NCBI GenBank assembly: GCA_963797555.1
Contig: CAWCPV010000003.1
Span: 192,001 to 256,000, forward strand
DNA: 64,000 nucleotides
Reading direction: 5' to 3'
DNA from: an uncultured Gammaproteobacteria bacterium
GTDB taxonomy: Bacteria > Pseudomonadota > Gammaproteobacteria > CAWCPV01
Part shown: positions 11,134 through 21,640 of the stretch, piece after piece
How the letters are laid out: each line of letters begins with the position of its first letter
Numbering within the stretch: position 1 is the stretch's first letter
Notes under the pieces: model-generated
What the model saw: the letters and a program-made list of their open reading frames with translations, nothing else
The model's database searches: none
What the model was told of the DNA's origin: nothing
Program-made: the position numbers and the translations under genes

Positions 11134-11520
11134 CGGAGTTTCTTCGCAAGCGCTGAATGTCGAACAGGGCGGGCGGTAGGAATGGATCGCCTGCTCCCGC
11201 TCACTGCGTGCCGATCTCAGGCGTGGGGCGAAGAGGACGCTGTGGGCTGAAGCCGAGCAGAAGCGGTCGGAACGTGGAGACGTTCGGACTGCTTCAGCTC
11301 AACCCGTCATGGCGCGTTTGCCGCCTCGAAGCACGAAAACGGTTGCGGCGCCGAGACGGGCTCCCTGCTTCTCGCGCAAGCGGGAGAGGAGATTTTGCGG
11401 CGCCTTCGGGGCTTCCCCGCGTGCCCGATTGAGTCGTCCTCCTTCCCGCGGCCCGGCAGCGGGAATGCCGCCGGGCTGTTTCAGACAACCTCTTTCGTCG
11501 TCTCCTGCTCCAAGAAGCTC

Positions 11521-12274
11521 TCAGGGCGCGGCGACGACCGTGTAGGAAACGCCATTCGCGCCATACGAGGGCAGGAACCAGGTGTTGCCGCACAGGTCAT
11601 ACGTCTGGCCCCCGACGGTGGGCGTGGCGCATCCCGATGGGATGGTCGCATAAATCGCGCCCATGGCATATCCTGCTGCTACGCCCGCATTGTATGCCTG
11701 CGACATCGCGGCGGCGGTGTTGGATGCCGATGCTGCCGAGGCCGACTGCAGCGCCGACCACCGCGCCGGCGGCCGCGGCGCCCGCGACCTGCCAGCCACC
11801 GCAGTTGTAGCAGCCCGAGCCGTAGTAGTTGACGGTGGTCGGTGGATGATACACGTAGGCGCCAGACGCCGGCGGATGGTACGCCGTGGCGCCATAGGTA
11901 TCGGTGTGAGTGACGCCCGCACCGTACGCACCGGACGTGCTGCCGCCGTAGACGTTGGTATGCTCGGTGCCACCGCCATAGGCGTGCTCCGTGCTGCCCC
12001 CGTACATGTTGGTGTGTTCGCTGCCCTCGCCATAGGCGTGCTCGGAGCTGCCCCCGTAGGCGTTAGTGTGTTCGGTGCCTTCACCATAGGAGTGGGAGGT
12101 GCTGCCCCCCCAGGGGTTGCTGTGACTGGTCGATCCCCAGCTATGCGACGTGCTGCCGCCGAAATCACCCCCGCGCGAGAAGCCGCCGCCCCCGCCTCTC
12201 CACGCGGCGGCCGGATCGGCATGCAGTGCCGTGATCAACAGACCGGCGACACCAATGACAATAGTTTTCCTCAT
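11521..12274 (-). CDS. Secreted Gly/His/Tyr tandem-repeat protein with a C-terminal DUF6515-like Cys domain (one frameshift at ~11745)
   Basis: Signal peptide MRKTIVIGVAGLLITALHADPAAA; 18-aa repeats such as GGSSEHAYGEGSEHTNMY; C-terminus GAIYATIPSGCATPTVGGQTYDLCGNTWFLPSYGANGVSYTVVAAP; RBS GGAGGG. Confidence 0.75.
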
Positions 12275-12290
12275 GTGCAGCCCTCCTTTT

Positions 12291-13241
12291 TCACTTGATC
12301 GCGGACGCCTTCGACGGCCTTAGCGCGCCCGCTGCCGCCTTCTGCGGTGCGGCGAACGCAATCCGCCGCGCCGCCATTGCGACACTGGGTGCGGCGAAAA
12401 CGTCTGCGGCGATCGGCGAGTCCAGTTGCCAGTCGGAAAGGTCCTCGTCGTGCCGGAGCCGCAACGGATCCTTGCGGTACACCGCCCGCGCCCGGCGCGG
12501 CAACTTGTCCTCGGCCCCGATCCAGACCTGGATGAACACATCATCGTACACCAACCCTAACATGTCCGTCGTGGTCCCGCCGACGACGCGGGACTGGCCG
12601 ATATAGAAGGCGGCCAGGAGATTCCTGGTCAGCTCCTTGTACGGGTCGGCGACAACGAGATCGGTGAACGGATAGAAGATCTGCGCGGTGTCGTACGCCT
12701 TTTGCAGCATGGCGCCGATCGTGGGCGGGGCCTCCGCCACCGCCACCAGCTTCTCCGCCGGTGAAAATGCGACCATCGACTTCCCGTCGTAATAAAAGTC
12801 GCTCGCAGGGCCGTCGCCCGGCGAGAGCACACGCAGCTTGTCGGGCCGCTGCATCGCAACGTCGTCACGCGTGGTGTAGACCAGCGCCGGCCCGAAGCGG
12901 CTCGGACTCTCGTAGCTCACCACCGCCGTGAACCTCATGGTGTGCGCCGCGGCCAACCGGTCACACGCGGCCTTCAGGACCGCCATGGCCTTGGGCTCCA
13001 GCTCCAGCCGCGGCCCCGGCACCGCGGTTTCGGGTGCCGGTTTGGCGGGCTTCGAGACAGCCGGTGCCGCGGCCTCACTCGCCGACGCGGCGGGCTTCGG
13101 CGCTGGCTGTGCTTGCTGCGCGCTTGCGCTCGCTACCAGCGACATGCCCACCCCGAACACCAGTGCGCAACCGACGTTCCGGCCCAGTCTCGCTCGCGAT
13201 GAGCGGCGCGATCCGCATCCTCCTCGTCCGGCGGCGCTCAT
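12291..13241 (-). CDS. DUF2092-domain periplasmic protein
   Basis: AVLKAACDRLAAAHTMRF...QRPDKLRV...FYYDGKS...APPTI...PFTDLVVADPY...QVWIGAEDKLPRR; ATG overlaps the upstream TGA (ATGA). Confidence 0.8.
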   Translation of the reverse strand: MSAAGRGGCGSRRSSRARLGRNVGCALVFGVGMSLVASASAQQAQPAPKPAASASEAAAPAVSKPAKPAPETAVPGPRLELEPKAMAVLKAACDRLAAAHTMRFTAVVSYESPSRFGPALVYTTRDDVAMQRPDKLRVLSPGDGPASDFYYDGKSMVAFSPAEKLVAVAEAPPTIGAMLQKAYDTAQIFYPFTDLVVADPYKELTRNLLAAFYIGQSRVVGGTTTDMLGLVYDDVFIQVWIGAEDKLPRRARAVYRKDPLRLRHDEDLSDWQLDSPIAADVFAAPSVAMAARRIAFAAPQKAAAGALRPSKASAIK

Positions 13242-13528
13242 GGAATCATCCCGCACTCGAACATCTTGTTGGCGATCGGCGCCGCGACCTTGTTGATGAA
13301 CACGGTACGCATCTGCGGATCGCTGCGCAGGAACCCGACAACCCGCTGCTCCTCTGCGGACTTTGGCTTCCCCTTCCGCTGCCACAACTGCTCACAGCTA
13401 GACTGCTGGTACTTCTGGATGACCTTGTTGGCGACCCTGTCCAGTATTGGATACTGAGCACGGGCCACCCCGGCGAAAAGCAGGAGCGGCAGCAGGGCGC
13501 ATAGGAACAGGTAGGCACGTTTGGTCAC
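13238..13528 (-). CDS. Small secreted helical protein with two Cys, conserved hypothetical
   Basis: RBS GGAGG, GTG start, signal peptide ending ARA-QYP; KYQQSSCEQLWQ...FINKVAAPIANKMFECGMIP. Confidence 0.8.
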   Translation of the reverse strand: MTKRAYLFLCALLPLLLFAGVARAQYPILDRVANKVIQKYQQSSCEQLWQRKGKPKSAEEQRVVGFLRSDPQMRTVFINKVAAPIANKMFECGMIP

Positions 13529-14287
13529 GGCTCTTCCTCCTTGCCTCAAGGGGCGGTAGCTACGAAATCGACTTCGGCGGTCCCCGGCGACGAACCGTCG
13601 AGTTGCGAAGGGATAAGGCGTGGGAACATGCTCTCAGCGGCCCCCGCCGAGGAGCCGTCAGCCGTCGGCGCATGTAGCGAAGCCCGTCTCGTCAGAACTC
13701 CAACTCTAACTGACCTCACCGCTGCTTCCCACCCGGGCTGGCTGTCGCCAGCCGGTTCAAGCGCCCATGTCTTGAACGCACAGCAATTGCGTGCGCAGCC
13801 CGCGGAGAGCGAGCAAACGGTACGCCCATCGCTCGTATGTGTCAAGCGACAGGCGCCACGATCACCGTCCTGTCAAGCTGACGTTCAGCCTACCGTCTCT
13901 TCCGCACAGAACGTGATAGAGCTTAGAATTTGTTAAGCCGACTAAAAATGCGATGAACTTTGTCCTAAAGGAAAGTGAGATCCAGATCTGGCCATCCGTT
14001 CACTCAAAGCTGCCGGCGCCACGGTATGGATCTTTGATTCATGAGCACGAGGTGCACACAGGCCCCCCTTACGATATTGACAATGGACGCCGGGAATACC
14101 TGCCTTCTGTCTGTCTTTCTTTCTGCTTAAACATTAAGTCGGATCTTGCAGATCAAGACCGCCTTATGTCGTCGATCTCGTCGCTGAATCGGAATTGGCC
14201 GAAAGCCATCGAAATGGAATTCTCAAGGAACGGGTGTTGCTCGTGGGGACTTGCCCAAACAATGGTCTTCTCGGCGCCGGGCTTTAA

Positions 14288-14428
14288 CAGGGTGTTGAAA
14301 AAGTCCGGCCGCAGGCTGCTTTTCGTGTCCGGTGGCCGAGCGCGGCCACATAAGTCGTTGATTCTTCAATCTTGAGTCACCATTGACTCGCCCCGATTCA
14401 ATGTCCGCAGGAGTTTTTCAACAGCCTG
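14288..14428. mobile_element. 141-bp MITE flanked by TTAA
   Basis: TIRs CAGGGTGTTGAAAAAGTCC / GGAGTTTTTCAACAGCCTG, TTAA on both sides; ends resemble IS5/IS1182-type elements (inference). Confidence 0.75.
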
Positions 14429-14509
14429 TTAAATCGGAGAATCGCGACTCTTCCGCCCCCAGATACCGGTCAAGGTCCTCTGGCAGTTACACCTTGTGGA
14501 TCGAGCTCT

Positions 14510-14605
14510 GAGCATGTGGCCGCGGGCCGACAAAGAATCCAAACCAAGTTTGCCGTTATCTACCTCCATGGCTTCTCGGCGACCCGCCAAGATACGGCAC
14601 CCCGC
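14510..14605 (+). pseudogene. Short alpha/beta-hydrolase-like fragment
   Basis: QTKFAVIYLHGFSATRQDTAP; the homology-like sequence ends immediately afterwards. Confidence 0.35.
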
Positions 14606-14924
14606 AACTGGCAGCCGCTGGGCGAGGTCTGGCTCAACCGGCTCAACCAGGCTCAACCCCCAAGCGGACCGTCCCCAGGTGGACCGTCCACTGACCAAAG
14701 CAGCGTAACTCAACACGACAACTATCTTGACAGCTACCGACCGCCAGCCATGATGGGACTGCGGCCTCGCCCATCATCGCCCGCTGCTCCAGGGCCAATC
14801 GTCCGGCGTCCCCACCATCCCGGCACGCACCGGGGCACGGTGACCGCCTGGAAAACCGGTCTGGACAGCCGGGGCACTGTCGGGTTGAAATGGCCCGTGG
14901 CGAAGGACCGAGAGGAGGCACGAC

Positions 14925-15605
14925 TTGGCACGCAAATGTTCCGCCTGCGGCTACCGGCGTCGCCCCAAGGACGACGCCCTCTTTCCAGACTGGCAGTGTC
15001 CCCAATGCAAACGGGCGTACTCGAAGGTGGAACTGCGCGACCTACGCGAGCGATTCGCTCGGGAAGACGAACTCCCTTCTTCGCCGGGTACGAGCCGCTC
15101 TCGCGATCGGTTCGTGACTGCCCAAGGCGGTGGGGCGGTGCGCGAGGCCGAGGGACCGGGAATCTTGTTGCTGCTGATACCGGTGTCGGCTGCAAGCCTC
15201 CCGTGGTACTGGATGCTCAGTGCCACCCTGATCGAAGGGGCCGCCTGGAAGTTGGCCAGCCTGACGGCGGTCATGATCCTCGCCACATCCGTTGTGACCG
15301 CCTTCGACGCAACGCGGCTGACGATCGGCTCCAAGCACGACGTGACCGCCGACGGCCGCAAGCGGCCCGGCCCGGTTTTCTGGTCCCTGGTCGTTCTGTT
15401 GTTCTGGGCCGTGGCCTACCCGACGTACCTTTACTGGCGCAGCCGCTACGGCGCCCGAAATCTGGCGGCGGTGGGCGTCGCCATCGTTCTAGGGTTCTCG
15501 GCGACGGTCGCGATCCTGGGGAAGGAGATCCGGCAGGCTTCGGAGTCAGGCGGCCTGCGCTCCGAGGGCCCGTGGTCGCTCTGCTGTCCCCTGCGCGCCT
15601 CCTGA
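14925..15605 (+). CDS. Membrane protein with N-terminal zinc ribbon
   Basis: RBS GAGGAGG before TTG; CSACG...WQCPQCK followed by four hydrophobic segments. Confidence 0.65.
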   Translation: MARKCSACGYRRRPKDDALFPDWQCPQCKRAYSKVELRDLRERFAREDELPSSPGTSRSRDRFVTAQGGGAVREAEGPGILLLLIPVSAASLPWYWMLSATLIEGAAWKLASLTAVMILATSVVTAFDATRLTIGSKHDVTADGRKRPGPVFWSLVVLLFWAVAYPTYLYWRSRYGARNLAAVGVAIVLGFSATVAILGKEIRQASESGGLRSEGPWSLCCPLRAS

Positions 15606-16357
15606 ATGGAAGCGCAAGCCCGCAGGCGGAAGGCGATAGCGGTTCCGCCGAACGAGTCATCCGGCGGATCGCCCTCACGGGCATCCGCCCTACACGCGCT
15701 AACAGTGTGAGTAGACGGACGTTTGCCGTGTCTTAAACATGGACTTTGTCCGATATTCCCAGCTCTCGCGTTCGCCCGGCGCCTCTCGAGCATGCCGTGC
15801 GGAACGCGGTCCGCGTACGCCACTAGAGCATTAGAATGGAAGCCTTGGCCGACAAGCTCGGATAGGCCGAGATGTCCACCTTTGGTAACGCCTGAGCAGG
15901 AGGCGCGCCTCAGCGCCGTCAAAGAACTGCTCCAGGCTTCCTCGCTGAGGGATGCCGTACCCCGCATGAGTAGTGTGATGCTGATCGTCGGGCGGGAGCT
16001 TGCCAGCGGCAAGCATCTTTACCTCGGCGAGCGCCCCCGAGACGGCGGAACGCTTGGTGTGGTGCCCGATCTCGAAGCGGTCGGGGCGGTGGCGCTGGCT
16101 GGTCGCCCGCCCGCACCCTTGGCGCCGGCAGCTCTGGGTAAAGGGGCGCAAGCTCCTGGCCGCACAAGTCTCGTCGGACATGCGTGGTCGGACATGCGTG
16201 CCAACCAACTGACGAGGGAGCAGGTCTCCCTCCACCGAACGCCCGCCCTCCGGTGGGGATAGGAACCGATTGTAACGGGATGATCCCGCGTGATCGAACT
16301 CGACCGCGGCGCGCTCGGCTCTCCACCGAGCGCTCGGGTGTCACGGAATCACCCGGC

Positions 16358-18199
16358 TCAGTCGATGATGTGGTGCTGGGGAAGCTTCTCCATGTGCCAC
16401 TCGCCCGTCTTCGGATCGTACGTGGACCCGGTGAAGCAGTGCCATTGGTCGTCGTCGAGCTTCGGATGGTCAGCACGATAGTAGTAGCCCGGCCAGCGGG
16501 TCTCCTCGCGGTACAGGGTATGCCGGGTCACCGACTCCGAGGTCCAGACGCGGTGGTTGAGCTCCCAGGCGCGCTGGAGCTGGTGCAGGTCCTCGGCACC
16601 GATACGGTTGAGATCCTCCTTCAGCATCTCCAGCAGTTCCAGGCCGCGGTTCAGCATCTTTTCGTTGGTCACGTAGAAGGTGCTGATGCCGCCCGCGTAC
16701 TCATCCATGATCTTCTCGAGCCGCTGCAGGCCCAGGTACGGGGAGATGTAACCGGGGGCCACGGTGCCGGCGACGATCTCATTGCGGCCCACGGCGTAGT
16801 TGTTTAGGGGTTTGAAGACCTCCTCCTTGAGGCGCTCGATCTCGTTCTGGTCCAGCTCGGGCATGGCGCCGCGCGTATCCTGGACGTACTCGATGGCCGC
16901 CTTGCCGGCCAGACGACCCTCCGTATAGGAACCTGAAGAGAACTTGTGGGCCGTGCCGCCGATGGTGTCACCGGCGCCGAACAGCCCCTTGATGTTCATC
17001 ATCCGGTTGTAACCCCAGAAGTAATCGTCCGGGGAGATGTCCCTCGGGCCGCTCGCCCACGCGCCGGAGCACGTGGCGTGGGAGCCCATGACGTAGGGCT
17101 CGGAGGTGATCAGCTCGGACGGCTTCTCCCTGGGGTCGATGTTCTGCGACGCCCACACGACCGCCTGGCCGATGGTCATGTCGAGGAAGTCCTCCCAGCC
17201 AATCTCCTCCTTCTCCTTGGTGTCGAGCACGTGCTCCGTTCTCATGTAGATGGGTCCGCGACCGGCCTTGATCTCCTGCAGCATGGCGTGGTTGCGCAGG
17301 CAGGTCGGGAACGGCTGGCTCTCCGCATACTTGCCGACCATGCCCTTGATCTCGTCGAACCACCTTGCCTCGTATTTCTCTCCGTAGGCGTTCTCGGTAT
17401 GCGACTTGAGGAGCAGGAACCAGGCGCCGACCGGCCCGTAGCCGTCCTTGAAGCGGGCCAGCACGATCTTGTTCTCCATCTGCGTCATCTTGACGCCAAT
17501 GGGTATGAGCAACCCGTAGGCCGAGGCGCTGCTCCACGGGGCGTACCAGGTTCTTCCGAGGCCTTCGGCGACCGACCGTGCCCGATAGATGTGCGAGGCA
17601 CCGCCCGCGGCCACGATGACCGTCTTCCCGCGGAAGACGTAGAACTTCCCGTCCCGGACCCCGAAGCCGACCGCGCCGGCGATGCGCCCGGGATCGTGCT
17701 TGTCCTTGACCAAATGGGTCACCATGATCCGGTTGTATACCTCGGTGGCGGCCTTCCGGGCCGCCTCGGCGATGATCGGCTTGTAGCTCTCACCGTGGAT
17801 CATGATCTGCCACTTGCCTTCCCGGAGGTACCTGCCGGTCTCCTCATTCTTCATGATCGGCAGGCCCCACTCCTCGAACTTGTGCACGGTGGAGTCCACG
17901 TGCCGGGCGATGTCGTAGCCCAGATCCTCCCGTGTTAGCCCCAGCAGGTCGCCGCGGGCATAGCGGACGTGATCCTCGGGCCGGTTCTCGTTCCAGCGCA
18001 TGCCCATGTAGCAGTTGATCGCCGACAGGCCATGAGCAACCGCGCCGCTGCGTTCGATATTGGCCTTCTCGACGAGGACGATCTTGGCGTTGCGCCCCCA
18101 GTAGCGGGATTCGTAGGCCGCGCCGCAGCCGCCGAAACCGCCGCCCAGGATGAGGACGTCCGAGTCCACGAAAACGGTTTTTCTTGGATATCTGGCCAT
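16358..18199 (-). CDS. aprA: Adenylylsulfate (APS) reductase alpha subunit
   Basis: FAD motif ILGGGFGGCGAAYE; RSGAVAHGLSAINCY; WQIMIHGESYKPI; RFKDGYGPVGAWFL; EPYVMGSHA; HKFSSGS; EETRWPGYYYRADHP. Confidence 0.97.
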   Translation of the reverse strand: MARYPRKTVFVDSDVLILGGGFGGCGAAYESRYWGRNAKIVLVEKANIERSGAVAHGLSAINCYMGMRWNENRPEDHVRYARGDLLGLTREDLGYDIARHVDSTVHKFEEWGLPIMKNEETGRYLREGKWQIMIHGESYKPIIAEAARKAATEVYNRIMVTHLVKDKHDPGRIAGAVGFGVRDGKFYVFRGKTVIVAAGGASHIYRARSVAEGLGRTWYAPWSSASAYGLLIPIGVKMTQMENKIVLARFKDGYGPVGAWFLLLKSHTENAYGEKYEARWFDEIKGMVGKYAESQPFPTCLRNHAMLQEIKAGRGPIYMRTEHVLDTKEKEEIGWEDFLDMTIGQAVVWASQNIDPREKPSELITSEPYVMGSHATCSGAWASGPRDISPDDYFWGYNRMMNIKGLFGAGDTIGGTAHKFSSGSYTEGRLAGKAAIEYVQDTRGAMPELDQNEIERLKEEVFKPLNNYAVGRNEIVAGTVAPGYISPYLGLQRLEKIMDEYAGGISTFYVTNEKMLNRGLELLEMLKEDLNRIGAEDLHQLQRAWELNHRVWTSESVTRHTLYREETRWPGYYYRADHPKLDDDQWHCFTGSTYDPKTGEWHMEKLPQHHIID

Positions 18200-18202
18200 C
18201 GG

Positions 18203-18655
18203 TCAACCTCGTTTCTGCACGTCTTCCAGGGTCGGGAGCGAGCCGATCTTGAGCTCCTCCGGCTCGTGCGCGAGCATGGGCGACTTCAGCGCGTCGCCGC
18301 TCGGCGCCTCGTACGCCTGGGGCGGCCTGATCGAGCCCCATGGCGTGGTGCGGATGGGAAACGCGAAGTCCTTCTCGCGACCGTCCCGATACACGATGTG
18401 CCAGTAGACCATCCCGCCTTCTTCGTCGCGGTGAACCCGGACCTTGTGGCCCAGCGGGGCAAAGTCGGCGTAGCCGCGTACGTCAATGGCGTGCTGCGGG
18501 CACGACTTCACACAGGAGTAGCACTCCCAGCAGAAGTTGGGCTCGATGTTGTATGCCCGCCGGTAGTGACGGTCGATATGCATGATGTCGGAGGGACAAA
18601 TGTCCACGCACTGTCCGCAGCCGTCGCACTTGGTCATGTCGACAAACGTGGGCAT
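18203..18655 (-). CDS. aprB: APS reductase beta subunit (two [4Fe-4S])
   Basis: MPTFVDMTKCDGCGQCVDICPSDIM...CWECYSCVKSCPQHAIDVRGYADFAP...FPIRTTPWGSI. Confidence 0.97.
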   Translation of the reverse strand: MPTFVDMTKCDGCGQCVDICPSDIMHIDRHYRRAYNIEPNFCWECYSCVKSCPQHAIDVRGYADFAPLGHKVRVHRDEEGGMVYWHIVYRDGREKDFAFPIRTTPWGSIRPPQAYEAPSGDALKSPMLAHEPEELKIGSLPTLEDVQKRG

Positions 18656-18660
18656 CCCGA

Positions 18661-19449
18661 TCACCTCCTGACGCTATACGTGCGAGTGGGTGACGCCACC
18701 TGTTTCTGGCCGCGCGCTTCCCGCGGCAGGTTGTTCGTCTCGGTGGCCTCTTCGACCCGTTTCTGGTAGGCCGCCGTGGGCTTGTAGAACATATGGGCGA
18801 ATTTCGACCAGGGTACGGTCACGAAGAGCACCGTGGTGAAGAAGAGGTAGATGCCGAAGAATATCTGGGTCGCGGCGAGGTTGCCGCCCGCCTGCACGAT
18901 CTCCCAGATGAGAGCGGACAGCGCGCTCAGGAGGAGGCTGCCGACGAACAGATCCGCCGGGATGATCCGGTAGGGAGGATCTTGCTCATAAGCGACGTTC
19001 ACCCGGAGGAAGAAGAAGAACCAGCCGCCGCCGATGAGGATCATGACGGCCCCGAGGTTCCACAGGAACCGCCAGATGCCCGGCGTCGGCGCGGCCGGCG
19101 TCGGATAGCCGTACACCATCACCAGGGTCGAGAGGATGTAGGACAGAAACCCGTAGAACAGCAGGAGGTGGGAGATCCTTCGCTGCACGTTGCAGAACTC
19201 GCCGGAGGTCAGCACCTCCTTGCCGAGCGTCTTGAGCATCAGCGAGAACTTCTCCCCGCCGCTGAGCCGGCGCTTGGCTCGGGCCTCCGCATCCTTGCGG
19301 CGCAGCATGAAGTACTCGAAGCTGCGCTTGTGGAACATGTCGAAGACCGTCCCGATGGCGACCGCGAGGATCATCAGAACGATGTAGACCTGCATGAACG
19401 CCGGCGACAGAAACTCCGTGAGGTCGGCGAAGGGATTGCCTGTAGACAT
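18661..19449 (-). CDS. aprM: APS reductase membrane anchor
   Basis: NPFADL...EVLTSGEFCNVQRRISHLL...VPWSKFAHMFYKP; five transmembrane helices; directly upstream of aprB. Confidence 0.9.
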   Translation of the reverse strand: MSTGNPFADLTEFLSPAFMQVYIVLMILAVAIGTVFDMFHKRSFEYFMLRRKDAEARAKRRLSGGEKFSLMLKTLGKEVLTSGEFCNVQRRISHLLLFYGFLSYILSTLVMVYGYPTPAAPTPGIWRFLWNLGAVMILIGGGWFFFFLRVNVAYEQDPPYRIIPADLFVGSLLLSALSALIWEIVQAGGNLAATQIFFGIYLFFTTVLFVTVPWSKFAHMFYKPTAAYQKRVEEATETNNLPREARGQKQVASPTRTYSVRR

Positions 19450-19666
19450 TAGCTTACCCCTATATTTGAGAATTCTTATATGGAACGTGGGCAACGACGG
19501 TGTGACGATCTGGGGTACCGGCGACCGGTGCAAAAATGCGCATGAGACACATCGACCTTGGAAGTTGCTTGCCAAGCATAAAGCGAAACATAGAAAATTC
19601 AACCCTATTTGGGGTAGGGGAAGCCTAGTCCTGTGGCGGGCAGCGGTCAAGGTTCAGGGGAGGTTC

Positions 19667-21127
19667 TGTAGCGCCAAAGTCGTAATGTCCCCTTTGACCA
19701 AAGTAGAAATGTCCCCTTTTGGTACTCGAAGGGGGACGTATGGAAGAAGGGGTGATCACGATGAGCCGGCGAGAGTTGGAGCGGTTGGAGGTGATGCAGC
19801 GGGTGGCGGGCAGGCGGATCAAACAGGGCGATGCGGCCCGCATGCTGGGGCTATCGGTTCGGCAGGTGAAGCGCCTAGTGTGTGCGTACCGGCAGGAGGG
19901 GGCAGCGGGCTTGGTGAGCAAGCGCCGGGGTCGCCGGTCCCATCAGCGCATCCCGGAGGCGGAGAAGGCGCGTTGTCTTGCCATCGTCCAGTCTCAGTAC
20001 CCCGACTTCGGCCCAACGCTTGGGGCTGAGTATCTGGCCCAGGCGCACGGGTTTCCCTACTCGGTGGAGACCCTGCGCGGCTGGATGTCTGAGGCCGGGC
20101 TGTGGCAACGAGGCCAAGCCAAGGCGAGCCGTCCCCATCCCCCGCGTGAGCGACGCCCCCGGCTGGGGGAGCTGATCCCGATCGAGGGCAGCCCGCACGA
20201 CTGGTTCGAGGGCCGGGGGCCGCGCGTGAGCCTCATCGGCTTCATCGACGATGCCACCAGCCGGGTAATGGCCGCCCGTTTCGTGCCAGTGGAGTCGAGC
20301 CGGGCTTACCTCAGTGTGCTCGCGGCGTATGTGCGCCGTCATGGGTGCCCGGTGGCCTTCTATAGCGCGCCGCCACTCCATCTTCACCAAACACGACCCG
20401 CAAGACCCCGAGCCCACCCAGTTCGAGCGCGCGCTGGGGAGCCTCGACATCGCCTCCATCCAGGCCCTCTCCCCGCAGGCCAAGGGGCGGGTGGAGCGGC
20501 TGTTCCAGACCCTTCAGGACCGCTTGGTCAAAGCCTTACGGATGGCACACATCCAAGACATCGACGCCGCCAACGTCTTGCTCGACACTTACCTCGAGCG
20601 GCACAACGCGCGCTTCGCCGTCGCGCCCGCACCCCCGCAGGATACCCACCGGCCCTGGAGCGGCTCGGTCGCCGAGCTCTCCCACCTCTGCTCGCTGCAG
20701 CACGCGCGCACCCTCTCCAAGAACCTGGTGGTCAGCTTCAGGGGTCAGCGTTACATCCTCCAGACCCCGGCCCACGCCCCGCGCTATGGCCTGCGGGGAC
20801 GGCGCATCACCGTATGCGAGCACCCCGACGGCACCATCGAACTGCTCAACGGCACCGAGGTCCTGCCGTACAGAGTCTTCGATGAGCGCCGCGACGGGCC
20901 CGCCGACCGCAGCGTCGATGACAAGACGCTCAACCAACGGGTCGACCAAGCCATCGCCCGCCTCGCCCCGAAAACGCCCCGGAAGCCCCCGGCAGATCAC
21001 CCTTGGCGGCGACCCTTGCACTCCCATCCCAGACCAACCGCCACCAGCAAGAACTGCCCCTAACTCTCGCCTCAAGGGGACATCTCTACTTTGCAGAAAA
21101 AGGGGACATTTCTACTTTGGGTTGACA
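19667..21127 (+). mobile_element. IS1202-like (ISNCY) insertion sequence, transposase 19740-21063 frameshifted at ~20368
   Basis: TGT...ACA ends with repeated CAAAGTAGAAATGTCCCCTTT motifs inverted at both ends; YPDFGPTL, GSPHDWFEGRG, FIDDATSR, SPQAKGRVERLFQTLQDRL. Confidence 0.9.
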
Positions 21128-21640
21128 GGCGCCCCGGAAGGAGGGGGAGTAGGTCGGACTGATTCTTCCCCTCAGAGATGCGATTTTTCACTCATGGCCC
21201 TGCGATTTCAATAAACTACGGCTACATCCTGCGGCGTTGGCGTAGCCATGTCCTGAATCCGCAACCTCGCCCACGAAATGGTCGTAACACACTAACGGTC
21301 TGGAGTGAGCGTGGGGGAGATCTTCGCCCGACCGGTGTGCCCTCACGCTCGGCATACAGCTTCGGGGTGCTTGGCAACGCCGCGCTGCGCGCCCCCCGAG
21401 AGCAGAACCCGGCCCCGACCTCACCACCGGCGAACACCCTCGTGTCCTTTCCACATCCCTGACTACCCGCCTTTGCGACGGCGTAGGCTTCCTATTCGCA
21501 AAGGCCTTCCACGGGTTCAAGCCCGCCGAACCCCTTGCCCCGATCGCATGGAGTTCAACGAAGAGGGGATCCTCGGGACCCTCGCGTATGGACGGAAACG
21601 GTCGCCCGGCCAGTCGCGGAGCGGGACGGAATCGGAGAAC

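Noticed and set aside
11890-12160. Regularly spaced repeats that might be a CRISPR array
   Set aside because: In-frame 54-bp coding repeats with no unique spacers; no cas genes in the window
13783-13800. Sigma-54-like motif upstream of the DUF2092 operon
   Set aside because: Lacks the invariant GG at -24
13953-14375. 140-aa ORF in the AT-richer patch
   Set aside because: No recognisable motif, atypical composition, and it runs into a MITE
15723-16262. Possible ORF downstream of aprA
   Set aside because: No family motif or clear RBS; cannot be supported
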